Positions 36,200 through 46,202 of a DNA stretch of 64,000 nt are shown in pieces (position 1 is the stretch's first letter; each line of letters opens with the position of its first letter). The position numbers were made by a program, and so were the translations under genes. A model generated the notes under the pieces. It worked only from the letters and a program-made list of their open reading frames with translations, made no database searches and was not told the DNA's origin. Source of the stretch: Planctomycetota bacterium (GTDB lineage: Bacteria > Planctomycetota > Planctomycetia > Planctomycetales > Planctomycetaceae); assembly GCA_003388505.1 (NCBI GenBank), contig QQVO01000013.1, positions 134,896-198,895 of the forward strand. Direction: 5' to 3'.

Positions 36200-38476
36200 T
36201 TACCGGCCGCTCGGCTGCAACTGCGCAATCCAGTCGGCGATCCGCTGCAGGGCGCGTGTGTCGGCGACGGTCGACGCCAGCACCGGCATCTGTCCCGGTC
36301 CGCGCAGTTCCATTCGCAACAGCAATTCCGAGTCGCGGGGCCGTCCCGGCGAGACCAGAAACGAAGCCGGCTCTCTGGACGAACGCGTGCCGCGCGGTGG
36401 CACGCCGATCAACGCCATCCGCTCAAGTGGAGTGTGATACCGCAGGTCGATCGGTGAATTCCCCGGACCTCCCGGCGCGTGGCAGAACGCGCAGTTCACG
36501 TCGAGATAGGCCCGCACCAGGCGTTCGTTCTCATCCGGCGAAGACGCGTCAGCGCTCCACTCCGGGTAAGCCTCCCAGGTCGCGGCATCTTCCGGCAGCG
36601 GTGCGGAGAAGACACCCATCGCCGCGAGTGCGGCGATCTGGTTGACCGGTCCCTCGCCGTAATCGTGATCGCGATTGAGTTGCCGGGTATTCAGACTCAG
36701 TACAAACCCGCCGGCCGCCGTGTGGCACGCCTTGCAGTCCGAGCGGCCGGGGTAATACCAGTGCTGCGTCGTCGCGCCGTCGCCGGTTTCGATCTCGAAC
36801 GACTCGGTCGTCGCCACGTCGCTCAGGAACGCGTCGGTCTGTTCGTCGTTCCACAGGTAGGTGTAACCTTCCCAGCCGTAGGGACTGTTCACCAGCAGCC
36901 GAGTTTCCAGGCGCCTCTGCGTCGAAGGGTCGTCGCGCTTCATGTCCAGCGAAAACGTCTTCACGATGACGCTCCCCTGCGGAAACTCCCACTGCCCCGT
37001 CTCGGAGAACTGCACCTGACCACCGGCCGGGAGCGCCACATAACGCTCCTTGCTCGCATGGTCCGACCACAGCGGCACGTTCACCGAGTACGGAATCATT
37101 CCGGGAACCGGTCGCAGCTCGGCCGTCGATTCGAACAGCCCCGTCTCCGAAAGCCGTGCTGGGAACCGGATCTCACCGCCGAGCAGATAGTCGGCGTTCT
37201 CCCGCAGGCGGTAGATGTTCCCGTCGAAGGCGCACAGATAAACCTCTCCGTCCCGGTCTTCGCCGAAACCGGCGATCTGCGCCTTGCTGCTGCAGATTTG
37301 CGTGTCGCTCGTCACCTGCCTTTCATCGGAGTCGTAACGGAGCGCCCACACGTTCCCCGTCACAAAGTCGGCATAGAGATACGCGCCATGCAGTTCCGGC
37401 AAACGGGAACCGCGGTAGACGCGGCCGCCGACCACGGCCCGCCCCTCGCTGTGAAAATACTCCGTGACCGGCGGATGCGTTCCGTCGTTCTCGGTCGGCG
37501 CGGTCGGAAAGAACCCCCAGTTGTCCGCCTCCTCCAGGGGATGGCGGCCTTCACGCTGGTTCCAGCCGTAATTGCCTCCCTTCACGATCAGGTTGACCTC
37601 TTCGTAGCGATCCTGTCCGACGTCGCCGCCCCAGAGTTGGCCGGTTTCACGATCGAACGCCAGCCGCCACACATTCCGGAAGCCGTATGCCCAGATTTCG
37701 CCCCGCGCTTCGTCCCCTCGACCCACGAACGGATTGTCGCTCGGGATTGCATACGGCAGGTCTCCGTCGACCGAATCGACGTCGATTCGCAAGACCGACC
37801 CGAGCAGCGTAGTCAGATCCTGGCCGTGCCCTTGCGGATCATTGGCCGAACCCCCGTCCCCCAGGCCGATGTACAGATATCCGTCTGGCCCGAACTCCAG
37901 CGATCCGCCGTTCTGCGTGCGAAACGGCTGGTCGATCGTCAGCAGCACTTCTTCGGAGTCTGCGTCGCCGCGAGCGGGGTCGTCGGCCGATACACGAAAC
38001 CGCGAAACCACGGTCTTCGGTCCCTCGGTCGAATAGCAGACGAAGAACTCGCCGTTCTCGGCGTACTCCGGATGAAACGCCAGCCCCAGCAGCCCCTCTT
38101 CGTTTCCGGACCGGGAGACCACGGTGGAGAGATCAAGAAACACATCGGTCGCATGCTCGTCCTCGCGATTCTCGAATGCGTGGACCTTCCCGTTTTGGCA
38201 CAACACAAACACGCGACTCGTCCCGTCCGGTGCATACAGCAGTTGCAGCGGCCGCTGATTCCCGAAGTTGAGTTGCGGAAACGCATTCTCGAGTTGATAG
38301 GCATAAGGCAGAGCCGTCAGCCGCGATGTATCGACCGGAATGAACCGGCTCCGCCCGGCTGCCGGTGCGACATCATCGCGGTCCCTCTCCCGACTGCGAT
38401 CGGAACCGCATGCAGAGGCGACCGTCAGCAGAGCGCAACACGCCAGAAGTCGAAGCCTCCTCACATCAGCACTCAT
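36200..38476 (-). CDS. PQQ-dependent sugar dehydrogenase (SGDH) fused to C-terminal c-type cytochrome domains
   Basis: Lipoprotein signal (LLTVASACGSD). SGDH motifs are present (GLLGLAFHPEY, GGSLEFGPDGYLYIGLGDGG, GFRNVWRLAFD, GGNYGW). Two CxxCH motifs are present (CKACH, CAFCH). Confidence 0.8.
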   Translation of the reverse strand: MSADVRRLRLLACCALLTVASACGSDRSRERDRDDVAPAAGRSRFIPVDTSRLTALPYAYQLENAFPQLNFGNQRPLQLLYAPDGTSRVFVLCQNGKVHAFENREDEHATDVFLDLSTVVSRSGNEEGLLGLAFHPEYAENGEFFVCYSTEGPKTVVSRFRVSADDPARGDADSEEVLLTIDQPFRTQNGGSLEFGPDGYLYIGLGDGGSANDPQGHGQDLTTLLGSVLRIDVDSVDGDLPYAIPSDNPFVGRGDEARGEIWAYGFRNVWRLAFDRETGQLWGGDVGQDRYEEVNLIVKGGNYGWNQREGRHPLEEADNWGFFPTAPTENDGTHPPVTEYFHSEGRAVVGGRVYRGSRLPELHGAYLYADFVTGNVWALRYDSDERQVTSDTQICSSKAQIAGFGEDRDGEVYLCAFDGNIYRLRENADYLLGGEIRFPARLSETGLFESTAELRPVPGMIPYSVNVPLWSDHASKERYVALPAGGQVQFSETGQWEFPQGSVIVKTFSLDMKRDDPSTQRRLETRLLVNSPYGWEGYTYLWNDEQTDAFLSDVATTESFEIETGDGATTQHWYYPGRSDCKACHTAAGGFVLSLNTRQLNRDHDYGEGPVNQIAALAAMGVFSAPLPEDAATWEAYPEWSADASSPDENERLVRAYLDVNCAFCHAPGGPGNSPIDLRYHTPLERMALIGVPPRGTRSSREPASFLVSPGRPRDSELLLRMELRGPGQMPVLASTVADTRALQRIADWIAQLQPSGR

Positions 38477-38614
38477 GAGTTTTGACCTTGTCCATATACC
38501 GGTCCTCGCAGGATCGACAGATCACCCGGACGCCTCGGCGTTTGAATCTTCAACAGTCTCCAAGCGGCGCTTCTGAGGGAAACGGAATCGGGGCGCGCTG
38601 GATGCAATCACGGC

Positions 38615-40525
38615 CTATCGCCGCCCCTGAATCGACGAGACATAGCTCCGCGCCAGCGGTTCGAGGTCGACCCGGTAAACTCTGCGGATCGCGTTTCCGA
38701 TTTCACCCTCGTCCCGCAGCAGAGCAACCAACTCCGCCAGGCGGCGCTGCCGGCCCCGCTTCCAGAGATAATCGATCAGTGTGAAACCAACCGCTCGCGC
38801 CTGGTCGGTCGATACGAAAGTCCCGTCTCGAAATACATCCACAGGCTCATCGATTTCCTCGAGTGCATCCCGCGCCGCGTTGCGCATCGTAAGGACGTAC
38901 TCATCGCGATCATCCGCGTCCAGACTCGCCAGCGCCGGACCCAGCCCGAGAGAGACCCACTCGGGGTACTTGTTCGCCTGAAGCGCAAGCCAGGCTGCGG
39001 TCAATTGTTCCGTCAGACTGAACCTGAGCGTCGGCGACTTGTCCGAAGCTTCGTCTCCCACATCGAGCAGCACGATCAGCGCGTCCCGATGTCCTTCGTC
39101 GACCAGCACGTTGCCGACAATATCAGGCACAATCCGCTGCCGCGTGACCGCGTCATTGAACTGTTCGTAGCCGTCTCGCTCCGCAACGACGAAGACCGCC
39201 AGACGCCCCTTCCACAGCGGCTCGTCATCCGCCACGTCAAACAGCGACCGCAGCCTGCTCAAATGATCGGTCGACCACTCAACCAACGTTTCAAGCCGCT
39301 CCTCCGCGACGTTGCCGTAGACGAGAAGGTCGTTGCTCTCGATCGTGTTCGGAGCGGCGTCGGCGAATGCCGTGTGCCACTGGTCAGCCGTCCGTTCATT
39401 CCGCAGTTCGATGAACTCGTCCGGGCTCAGAGCGGCCAGATCGGCGGCGAGCAGGTCGGAATCCGAAGAGACCAGAGCCCGCAGACTGAGCCGCGGGTCG
39501 CCGCCGTCATACGTCGCCCCCTCCCAGATCCACACGCCAAGATCCTTGTAATTCTCCTCCGTGACGTTTCCCTCCAGCGGCATCCGCATCGCCTCATCAC
39601 CCCCAACCAACTGGTGGACGAGGCTCTCATTCGGCTTGCCCGGCACGACCGCCGGACCGCTGTCGCCCCCGCGCAGCAACGACTCGAAGTCGACCAGCGA
39701 GAGTCCGCCTCCCGGATCCTGCCCTTGATGACATCGCAGGCAATTCTCAACCAGAAACGGCGCGATGTCCTCCTTGAAAGAAACCGTCTCATCCCCGGTC
39801 GGCAGGGCCACTTCGATCGGCGGCAACTCCTCTTGCGGCTGTGTCAGTTCCGCCAGTTCGAGGTCTTCGTCGTCGCCGTCGAACCGCGCCCCCTGTTTGA
39901 TCCACAGCGAAATCGCCGCCAGTTCCGCGTGCGTCAGCGGCTCGCCGCCTTTCGGCATCCGATTCTTGTCCGGCGCCATCAATCGGTACATGAGCAGGCT
40001 GCGATCCGGACGGCCTTTCGTGAGCAAAGGGCCCGATTCTCCGCCGCGCTTGATTCCGGCAAATGTGTTCAGTTGCAGCTTGCCGCGCGGATTCTCCCCG
40101 TGGCACCTCATACAGTGAGCCTCCAGGATCGGGGCCACGTGTCGCACAAAGCTGACGCTGTTTTCGGCCGGACGACCGCTGAGCCGGGCCTCCCGCACCG
40201 CGAGAGCGTGACGTTTGTGGGCGATAGCCGTCCTCACGCCCCGCACTGCGTTGTGCGATTCTTCCAGGCTGGATTCGGCGACCAATTCATCGAGTTGCGC
40301 CTCGGCGGCGTCGACCGCCTGCCGCGCTCCGTCCATGTCGTTTCTCCTCAGCAGCAGCGACACCCCGCTCAGTGACTCGCGAATCTCCATCAGCTTCCGG
40401 GCGTCTGCAGAATCCAGACGCCGCTGCGCTGCAAGCGGGAATGACGCCGTCAGGCAGGCAGCCAGCAGCGCACTCATGCCGATGACGCGTCGACGGGTCA
40501 CTCTTTGGAATACGATTTCACCCAT
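38615..40525 (-). CDS. Planctomycete cytochrome C (PSCyt1) domain protein, two copies, plus a C-terminal domain of unknown function
   Basis: FVRHVAPILEAHCMRCHGENPRGKLQL and IAPFLVENCLRCHQGQDPGGGLSL are typical PSCyt1 repeats. It sits in the same minus-strand gene string as the DUF1549/DUF1553 and DUF1501 genes. Confidence 0.7.
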   Translation of the reverse strand: MGEIVFQRVTRRRVIGMSALLAACLTASFPLAAQRRLDSADARKLMEIRESLSGVSLLLRRNDMDGARQAVDAAEAQLDELVAESSLEESHNAVRGVRTAIAHKRHALAVREARLSGRPAENSVSFVRHVAPILEAHCMRCHGENPRGKLQLNTFAGIKRGGESGPLLTKGRPDRSLLMYRLMAPDKNRMPKGGEPLTHAELAAISLWIKQGARFDGDDEDLELAELTQPQEELPPIEVALPTGDETVSFKEDIAPFLVENCLRCHQGQDPGGGLSLVDFESLLRGGDSGPAVVPGKPNESLVHQLVGGDEAMRMPLEGNVTEENYKDLGVWIWEGATYDGGDPRLSLRALVSSDSDLLAADLAALSPDEFIELRNERTADQWHTAFADAAPNTIESNDLLVYGNVAEERLETLVEWSTDHLSRLRSLFDVADDEPLWKGRLAVFVVAERDGYEQFNDAVTRQRIVPDIVGNVLVDEGHRDALIVLLDVGDEASDKSPTLRFSLTEQLTAAWLALQANKYPEWVSLGLGPALASLDADDRDEYVLTMRNAARDALEEIDEPVDVFRDGTFVSTDQARAVGFTLIDYLWKRGRQRRLAELVALLRDEGEIGNAIRRVYRVDLEPLARSYVSSIQGRR

Positions 40526-40573
40526 GAAGATGCTCTTGGTCTTCCAATCGTCTGGCCCGTCAAGGCAGCCTGT

Positions 40574-42868
40574 TCACTCCGCCATGATTGTTCGATTGGT
40601 CTTCCTCGTTCCGATTTCGACCGGAAAGGCGGGGAGCAATCCGTAATCGGTGCGGACGGGAGTCGGCGCCGGATCGGACTCTGTCGGCGCAGGCAAAGTC
40701 TCCCGATACGCTCGGAGCAGCAGATTCCCGCGCCAACCGCCGGGCGATCCCACTGGGTCCGTCGTAATCTGAACCGCGAACCGTTCCATGTCGTCGGTCA
40801 CGATTTCTGCCGATGTTCCCGCGGGAGGTTCGATCAACTCGACCCGCAATTCCTTCGGTGGAACGTTGCTGTCGAGCAGACGCGCCGGCACGAGCAGACG
40901 CCCTCCCAGCGGAACCTGCTGTGGTTTGTCGAAGTTCGCCGTCTCGAAAGGAGACTGAACCGCCTTTCGTGAATTGACAATGATGTTCCAGTCGTCGACG
41001 GGAACCAGGTGATGCCAGATGAACGCCTGCATCATGTTTTCGGCGGGAATCGCCGGGCGGACGAGCGGTTGAGCGCTGCGCGGGCCGCGGGCCTGCCCTT
41101 CCATGGCGAGCGTGAGCGGACCGTCGCCGGATGTCTCCGGCAGCTTGAGCGTCATCTGCATGCTTTCGGCGTCGCCGGGGATCAACCCGCCGTGCAACTC
41201 GAACCCGTCAGCGGCATCGACCAGGTTGAGACCGATATCTCCTTCGAAACCATCCTTTCGTAATGCGAACACCGTCACCGGCACAGTCGCTCCAGCCGAG
41301 GCGATGATCGTGGAGGGGACCACGCGGAGTTCGTAATCGGGCTCGCGCGCACGGAGGTAGAGCCGGTACACAAAGTCCGTTCCCCCGTTGTTCTGTGCGT
41401 CGGTCAAGAACAGGTAATGCGGAACACCACTCGGAATCACTGCGGTCAGATGCGAGTCCGCATGGTGAGTCGAGAGCGCCTGCGACCGGTCGACGTGGTC
41501 GTCGTTGAATGCAACTTCATTCCCTTCGTCGTCCACCAGCGTCAGCATCGAGTCGAGCGGCGAACCGTGCCGCCGCGCCTGCACTTCCAACACCAGCGGT
41601 CCCGAGGTTTCAATCCGGAACACATCCATGTCGCCGGGGTGATCAATGCGTCCATTGATGACCTGGTGCGCGTCGACGACCTGTGCTGAGGACCGATCAT
41701 CGTTCGGTTCCTGGTCGAATGCTTCCGTCAAGCGGTCGACCTGCAACGGGAACCGAAGTGCGGGCCCAACCTCCTGCGGCAACGAAACCCAATGGACGGG
41801 CCGGTAACGGCGTCCCGACGGAGCACGCAGCTCAACGGATCGCCGGGACAGATTCCAGCCTTCCAGTTCGACCGTAACATCCGAGCCGATCCGCGCCCCC
41901 AACGGAAAGTAACTCGTGATGAACGGAGTTTCCCCGATCGTCATGCGGTAAACGAAGTCTTCCCGGCCGCGAAACAGCGAATCGCGGATTGCGACCGTAT
42001 ACCGGTCGTCGCGAGGCGCCTCGAACAGGATCACCGGGTCCTGATGGAACTGGAACGAATCAGCGCGGGCTACCACGTTTCCATCCGAATCGAAAAGTGT
42101 CAGCACCGCCTGAAACCATCCCGGAACGGCGTCCGCGAGAAACGGTGTGACGGCCCGCGCGCCCGCATTGATCACCAGTCTCGTTCCCTCGGTTGCATGA
42201 AACGTAAAACGGTCGACGTCCCCCGGCATGATCTGCCCGTTCACCAGCACCGGCAGTTCACCTTCAATTTCATCCGGTTCGCCGTCCTCGGGTTCTGTCT
42301 CCCGGAATTCCGGATAAGTCCCCACATGGATCCAGATCGGGTTCGACATCGACCGGTCGGTGAGCAAACGGAACTCGCGCTTGCCCGGCTCCGCGTCCCG
42401 CGCAACCGTCAAATTCAAGGTGAGTTCCTCCTCGAGTTGCTCGTTCGGCTGCCGCCGGGGGTCGCGATCCCGCTTGAGGAAAACCTCCATTTCCTTGATC
42501 TGTTCCGCGGTGACGCCGGCGGCGATCGCCACCTCCACCTGGCTCGGCTGTTTACCCTCCTCGATCAGTGCTTCCCGCGTGTCATTCAGCCGCATCCGAA
42601 GATTGGTGTACATCCCGCGCGACATCGGCCGGTACCAGCCGACGACCTCTGCCGCGACGCCGTCGCCGGCGATGTGGACTCCATTGACGTTCTCCAGGTA
42701 TTGGCCGCCGATGACGACCTGAATCGACGCCCCCTGCTCGCACCCGGCGGGATAGGAGTAGGCCACGTGGGGATCGTTCGTACCGCTTTGCGCCGGCGCC
42801 CCAGCCGCGCCGAACGAGACGATGATCAGAGCGTGAAGCAGACTCCAGTGCGCGCGCTTGCAGCTCAT
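40574..42868 (-). CDS. secreted protein with two bacterial pre-peptidase C-terminal (PPC) domains
   Basis: Signal peptide. The PPC-like segments are VNGQIMPGDVDRFTFHATEGTRLVI and INGRIDHPGDMDVFRIETSGPLVLEV (GDxDxF). Confidence 0.6.
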   Translation of the reverse strand: MSCKRAHWSLLHALIIVSFGAAGAPAQSGTNDPHVAYSYPAGCEQGASIQVVIGGQYLENVNGVHIAGDGVAAEVVGWYRPMSRGMYTNLRMRLNDTREALIEEGKQPSQVEVAIAAGVTAEQIKEMEVFLKRDRDPRRQPNEQLEEELTLNLTVARDAEPGKREFRLLTDRSMSNPIWIHVGTYPEFRETEPEDGEPDEIEGELPVLVNGQIMPGDVDRFTFHATEGTRLVINAGARAVTPFLADAVPGWFQAVLTLFDSDGNVVARADSFQFHQDPVILFEAPRDDRYTVAIRDSLFRGREDFVYRMTIGETPFITSYFPLGARIGSDVTVELEGWNLSRRSVELRAPSGRRYRPVHWVSLPQEVGPALRFPLQVDRLTEAFDQEPNDDRSSAQVVDAHQVINGRIDHPGDMDVFRIETSGPLVLEVQARRHGSPLDSMLTLVDDEGNEVAFNDDHVDRSQALSTHHADSHLTAVIPSGVPHYLFLTDAQNNGGTDFVYRLYLRAREPDYELRVVPSTIIASAGATVPVTVFALRKDGFEGDIGLNLVDAADGFELHGGLIPGDAESMQMTLKLPETSGDGPLTLAMEGQARGPRSAQPLVRPAIPAENMMQAFIWHHLVPVDDWNIIVNSRKAVQSPFETANFDKPQQVPLGGRLLVPARLLDSNVPPKELRVELIEPPAGTSAEIVTDDMERFAVQITTDPVGSPGGWRGNLLLRAYRETLPAPTESDPAPTPVRTDYGLLPAFPVEIGTRKTNRTIMAE

Positions 42869-42881
42869 CGCGATCTCCTCC

Positions 42882-44267
42882 TCAGATAATCTCTGTCAGC
42901 CGCCCGCCCGATTCCATCCCTTCATCCGCTCCCGGAGTGGCGCGAATGAAGTCTCCCCGGGGGTGTGGCAGGCTCGCTTCGGGGTTGATGCCGATCAGTT
43001 CGTACATCGTCCCGATCAAGTCGCCCGGATAAACCGGACGATCCCGCACGGACTCAGCCCGCGCGTCAGACTCGCCGACAATCTGTCCGCCCTGGAATCC
43101 TCCGCCCGCCACCAGCGTCGAGAAGACCTGCCCGAAGTGGTGACGTCCTCCATTCCACGGAGATTCGGTCGCGACCTTCGGCGTCCGGCCGAACTCGCCG
43201 ATGCACCACACAATCGTGCTCTCCAGCAGTCCCCGGTCTGCCAGATCGGACAGCAGGGCCGCGATTCCACGATCGAGATCGGGCAGCAAACGCCGCATCG
43301 CAGTGAAGTGGTCCTTATGCGTGTCCCAACCGCCGTGGTTGATCGTGACGAATTTCGTCCCCGCTTCAACCAGTCGGCGGGCCGCCAGACACGACTGCCC
43401 GAATGTGGTCCGCCCGTACTTCTGCCGCAACCCATCCGGTTCCTCAGAGAGTTTGAACACGTTGCCGGCGTCTCCCAGCATCAGGTCATAGGCGTGCTCA
43501 CGCGAGGCCGCAGCGACGGCCAGACCCGCGTCGCCGGCAAGGGATTGACCGAGCGTGTTGAACTGCTCCAGCAGCCGGCGACGGGCCCGCTGCTGTTCGT
43601 CGGTCAGGTCCGCCGCGACGATCCCCTCCACGGCAAACCGCGCAGCGTTCGGATTGCCCCCGGTCGCAAACGGCTTGTAACGGACCCCCATGAACCCGGC
43701 TTCGGAAAACCGTCCCTGTGGATTCGTCAGAACGACGTAGGGCGGAATCAGGCTTTCCTCCGGATTGAACTCCGATTTCTCGCCCACTCCTTTGAACGCG
43801 TTCACGACCGCCCCGACGGCGGGATAGACGATTCGCCCCGGCATGCGGCCGGTCTGCGTCAGGTACGAAGCCGTCTCGTGACCGTTCTGACCGTGGGTGA
43901 AACTGCGAATCAGCGAGAACTTGTCGGCCACCGTTGCGAGTTCCGGCATCAGTTCGCCGATCTCGATGCCGGACACGTTCGTCGAATTCGTGCTCGAAAG
44001 CGGACCCGTGTATTCCACCCCCGCAGCCGGCTTGGGGTCAAACGTGTCAATGTGCGTCGGACCTCCGGCCAGCCAGATCTGAATCACCGCTTGCGCCTTC
44101 GCCTCCGGCAAGCCGCCCGGAGTTGTCTCGGCTCTCTCCGCCGACTGGTCGTCGGCCAGCAATCGCGAGGCGAGCAGCATGCCGGCCGCATTCATCATGC
44201 CGCCCTGCATCAGCCGTCGCCGCGAGATCGTCCGTTCAAAGTCGATCTGGAATTCGGGAAGTCTCAT
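42882..44267 (-). CDS. DUF1501 protein (sulfatase-like, Tat signal)
   Basis: The Tat-type motif SRRRLMQGGMMNAAGMLLAS is present, with FTHGQNGHETASYLTQTG and a DUF1501 C-terminal pattern. It is the classic partner of DUF1549/DUF1553 proteins. Confidence 0.85.
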   Translation of the reverse strand: MRLPEFQIDFERTISRRRLMQGGMMNAAGMLLASRLLADDQSAERAETTPGGLPEAKAQAVIQIWLAGGPTHIDTFDPKPAAGVEYTGPLSSTNSTNVSGIEIGELMPELATVADKFSLIRSFTHGQNGHETASYLTQTGRMPGRIVYPAVGAVVNAFKGVGEKSEFNPEESLIPPYVVLTNPQGRFSEAGFMGVRYKPFATGGNPNAARFAVEGIVAADLTDEQQRARRRLLEQFNTLGQSLAGDAGLAVAAASREHAYDLMLGDAGNVFKLSEEPDGLRQKYGRTTFGQSCLAARRLVEAGTKFVTINHGGWDTHKDHFTAMRRLLPDLDRGIAALLSDLADRGLLESTIVWCIGEFGRTPKVATESPWNGGRHHFGQVFSTLVAGGGFQGGQIVGESDARAESVRDRPVYPGDLIGTMYELIGINPEASLPHPRGDFIRATPGADEGMESGGRLTEII

Positions 44268-44301
44268 GACGCCTCTCCCTCATCAAGTGCTCTTCACCCG
44301 T

Positions 44302-46110
44302 TCAATGCTGGAACAGAAACTCATCGCTGTTGATCAGCGCCCAGGCCAACTCTTTCGTCGCGCCGTACTTGCCCATCGTCATGGTCCGCGAATACTCCTC
44401 TGCCGTGGGTCGACGCGAAAGAATGGCCAGGTACATGCTTTCCGTGCGGTCGTCCCACCGGAATTCTTCGAGTCCCGGCCCCTCCTGGATCTTCTGGCGG
44501 ATGTGGTTGGAATTCAGCAAATGCAAAGCCTGTGCCGCAGTCAACTGGTCATTGCGTTCAGACGCCAATCCCGTATCGCGCGCCGGACGGCCGAACATCT
44601 CGAGAAAGCTGCTCGTGATGCTCCCGTCGGGTAGTGCAACCGCCCGTTGATCTTCCGGCAAGAACGTGAACGGCTCCGGAATAATGCTCGAGTACACCTC
44701 GGTCGTTCCGGTGATCTTGCAGATCGCGTCGATCAGCACTTCCGCTTCAAGCCGGCGTGCCGGAAAGTACGCGAAATACCGGCCGGCGTGCGGATTGTCA
44801 CTCTTTGGAAGACACGAGAGCTGGAACGTCTCCGAATTGAGAATCAGCCGGTACAGATGTCGCAGGTCGTATCCGGAATCCACCAGTTCCTGCGACAGCA
44901 AGTCGAGCAACTCCGGATGAACCGGCAGATTGTCCGGCCGCATGTCGTCCGGTTCCTCGACAATTCCTCGCCCGTAGACCCAGTACCACACGCGGTTGGC
45001 GATCGCCCGCGAAAACGCGTCGTTCTCGGGACGGGTCAACCAGTCGGCAAACACCACGCGCGGGTCTTCTCCGGGGGGAATCGTCACCGTTTCACCGCCG
45101 GGGAACGTCGCTTGGAGCGGACCGCCTTCCCCGGCCGCTTCCAGGCTCTTGCGGCGATCGAAAAAGACAATCTCCTCTTTCCATTCTCCCGTCGGCTTGA
45201 ATCCCACCTGAGAAAAAAACGCACTCATTCCATCGAGTTGAGTCTCCGGCCAGGCGTCCGTCCGCTGGCCGAGAAACGTCAACGCGACCGCCTGGGCCAG
45301 AGTCACCGGCTCTTTCCCCTGCACAGCCCGATAGAAATTGACTTGCGGCGTGCGGAAGTTGCTGCCCGAGGAGGTCAGCAATTCGCGGGCGAACTGGTCG
45401 TAAGGCATGTTCTGGTCGATCGCCGTCCGAATCCAGTGGTGATACGCCTGTGCGGCGTTCGGCCACAGGTTGATCGGAAACTCCGCTTTGACCCGCAGCG
45501 TGTCGCACCATTTCATCGCCGCGTAGTCCGCAAACTCCGCCCGCTCGAGCAATTCGTCGATCAGCCTGGCCCGCTTGTCGGCGTCTGTGTCGTCCAGGAA
45601 CTGTTTCGCTTCCTCGACGGTCGGAATCGTCCCCAGCGTGGTGATGTAGGCGCGCCTCAGAAACACTCCGTCGGAGCAGACTTCCGCAGGCGCAATTTCG
45701 AGTTCCGCCAGCCTTGAGAAGACGATCTCGTCCACAGCAGTGGCCGCCTCGGGCGGGAGACCGCTTGAGTAGGGATTCTCCGGAACACTCGGAGCCTGCT
45801 CACCGGCCGGCGTCTCCGAATCTGCCGCATCAGCGAGATCCGGTTCCTCGGCCTCGTCGCCTCGGGCGGCATCGAACTGCTCCTGGAGTACGTTCGCCGA
45901 CTCATTGGCGGCGTTTTGCTGCTGATATTCGTACAGCCAGTAGACCGCGCCTCCGGACAGGCCGATCGTAAGCGCGAGGATCAACAGGTTCGCCACCGAG
46001 AAGCGATGTGGACGGCGAATCTCATCGTTCCCGTGAACATCGACTTCGGGGTTGACCGACTCCGCATGCCGATGCCGTTTGCGTCGGGAATGACCGTGAT
46101 TGAAGTCCAT
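44302..46110 (-). CDS. DUF1549/DUF1553 (PSCyt2/PSD1) protein lacking the usual N-terminal cytochrome domain
   Basis: A TM anchor is followed by the DUF1549 region (FSRLAELEIAPAEVCSDGVFLRRAYITTLGTIPTVEEAKQFLDD...) and the DUF1553 region. The start is taken at ATG 46110 (GGAGG RBS) rather than 46128. Confidence 0.8.
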   Translation of the reverse strand: MDFNHGHSRRKRHRHAESVNPEVDVHGNDEIRRPHRFSVANLLILALTIGLSGGAVYWLYEYQQQNAANESANVLQEQFDAARGDEAEEPDLADAADSETPAGEQAPSVPENPYSSGLPPEAATAVDEIVFSRLAELEIAPAEVCSDGVFLRRAYITTLGTIPTVEEAKQFLDDTDADKRARLIDELLERAEFADYAAMKWCDTLRVKAEFPINLWPNAAQAYHHWIRTAIDQNMPYDQFARELLTSSGSNFRTPQVNFYRAVQGKEPVTLAQAVALTFLGQRTDAWPETQLDGMSAFFSQVGFKPTGEWKEEIVFFDRRKSLEAAGEGGPLQATFPGGETVTIPPGEDPRVVFADWLTRPENDAFSRAIANRVWYWVYGRGIVEEPDDMRPDNLPVHPELLDLLSQELVDSGYDLRHLYRLILNSETFQLSCLPKSDNPHAGRYFAYFPARRLEAEVLIDAICKITGTTEVYSSIIPEPFTFLPEDQRAVALPDGSITSSFLEMFGRPARDTGLASERNDQLTAAQALHLLNSNHIRQKIQEGPGLEEFRWDDRTESMYLAILSRRPTAEEYSRTMTMGKYGATKELAWALINSDEFLFQH

Positions 46111-46202
46111 TCGAAGGCCTCCGATCATGACTCAACAACGCATGTCGCTCAATCGCTTCCATACTGCCCAGTCGACCGTCCGTGTGACAAGTAGCCGCTC
46201 CG

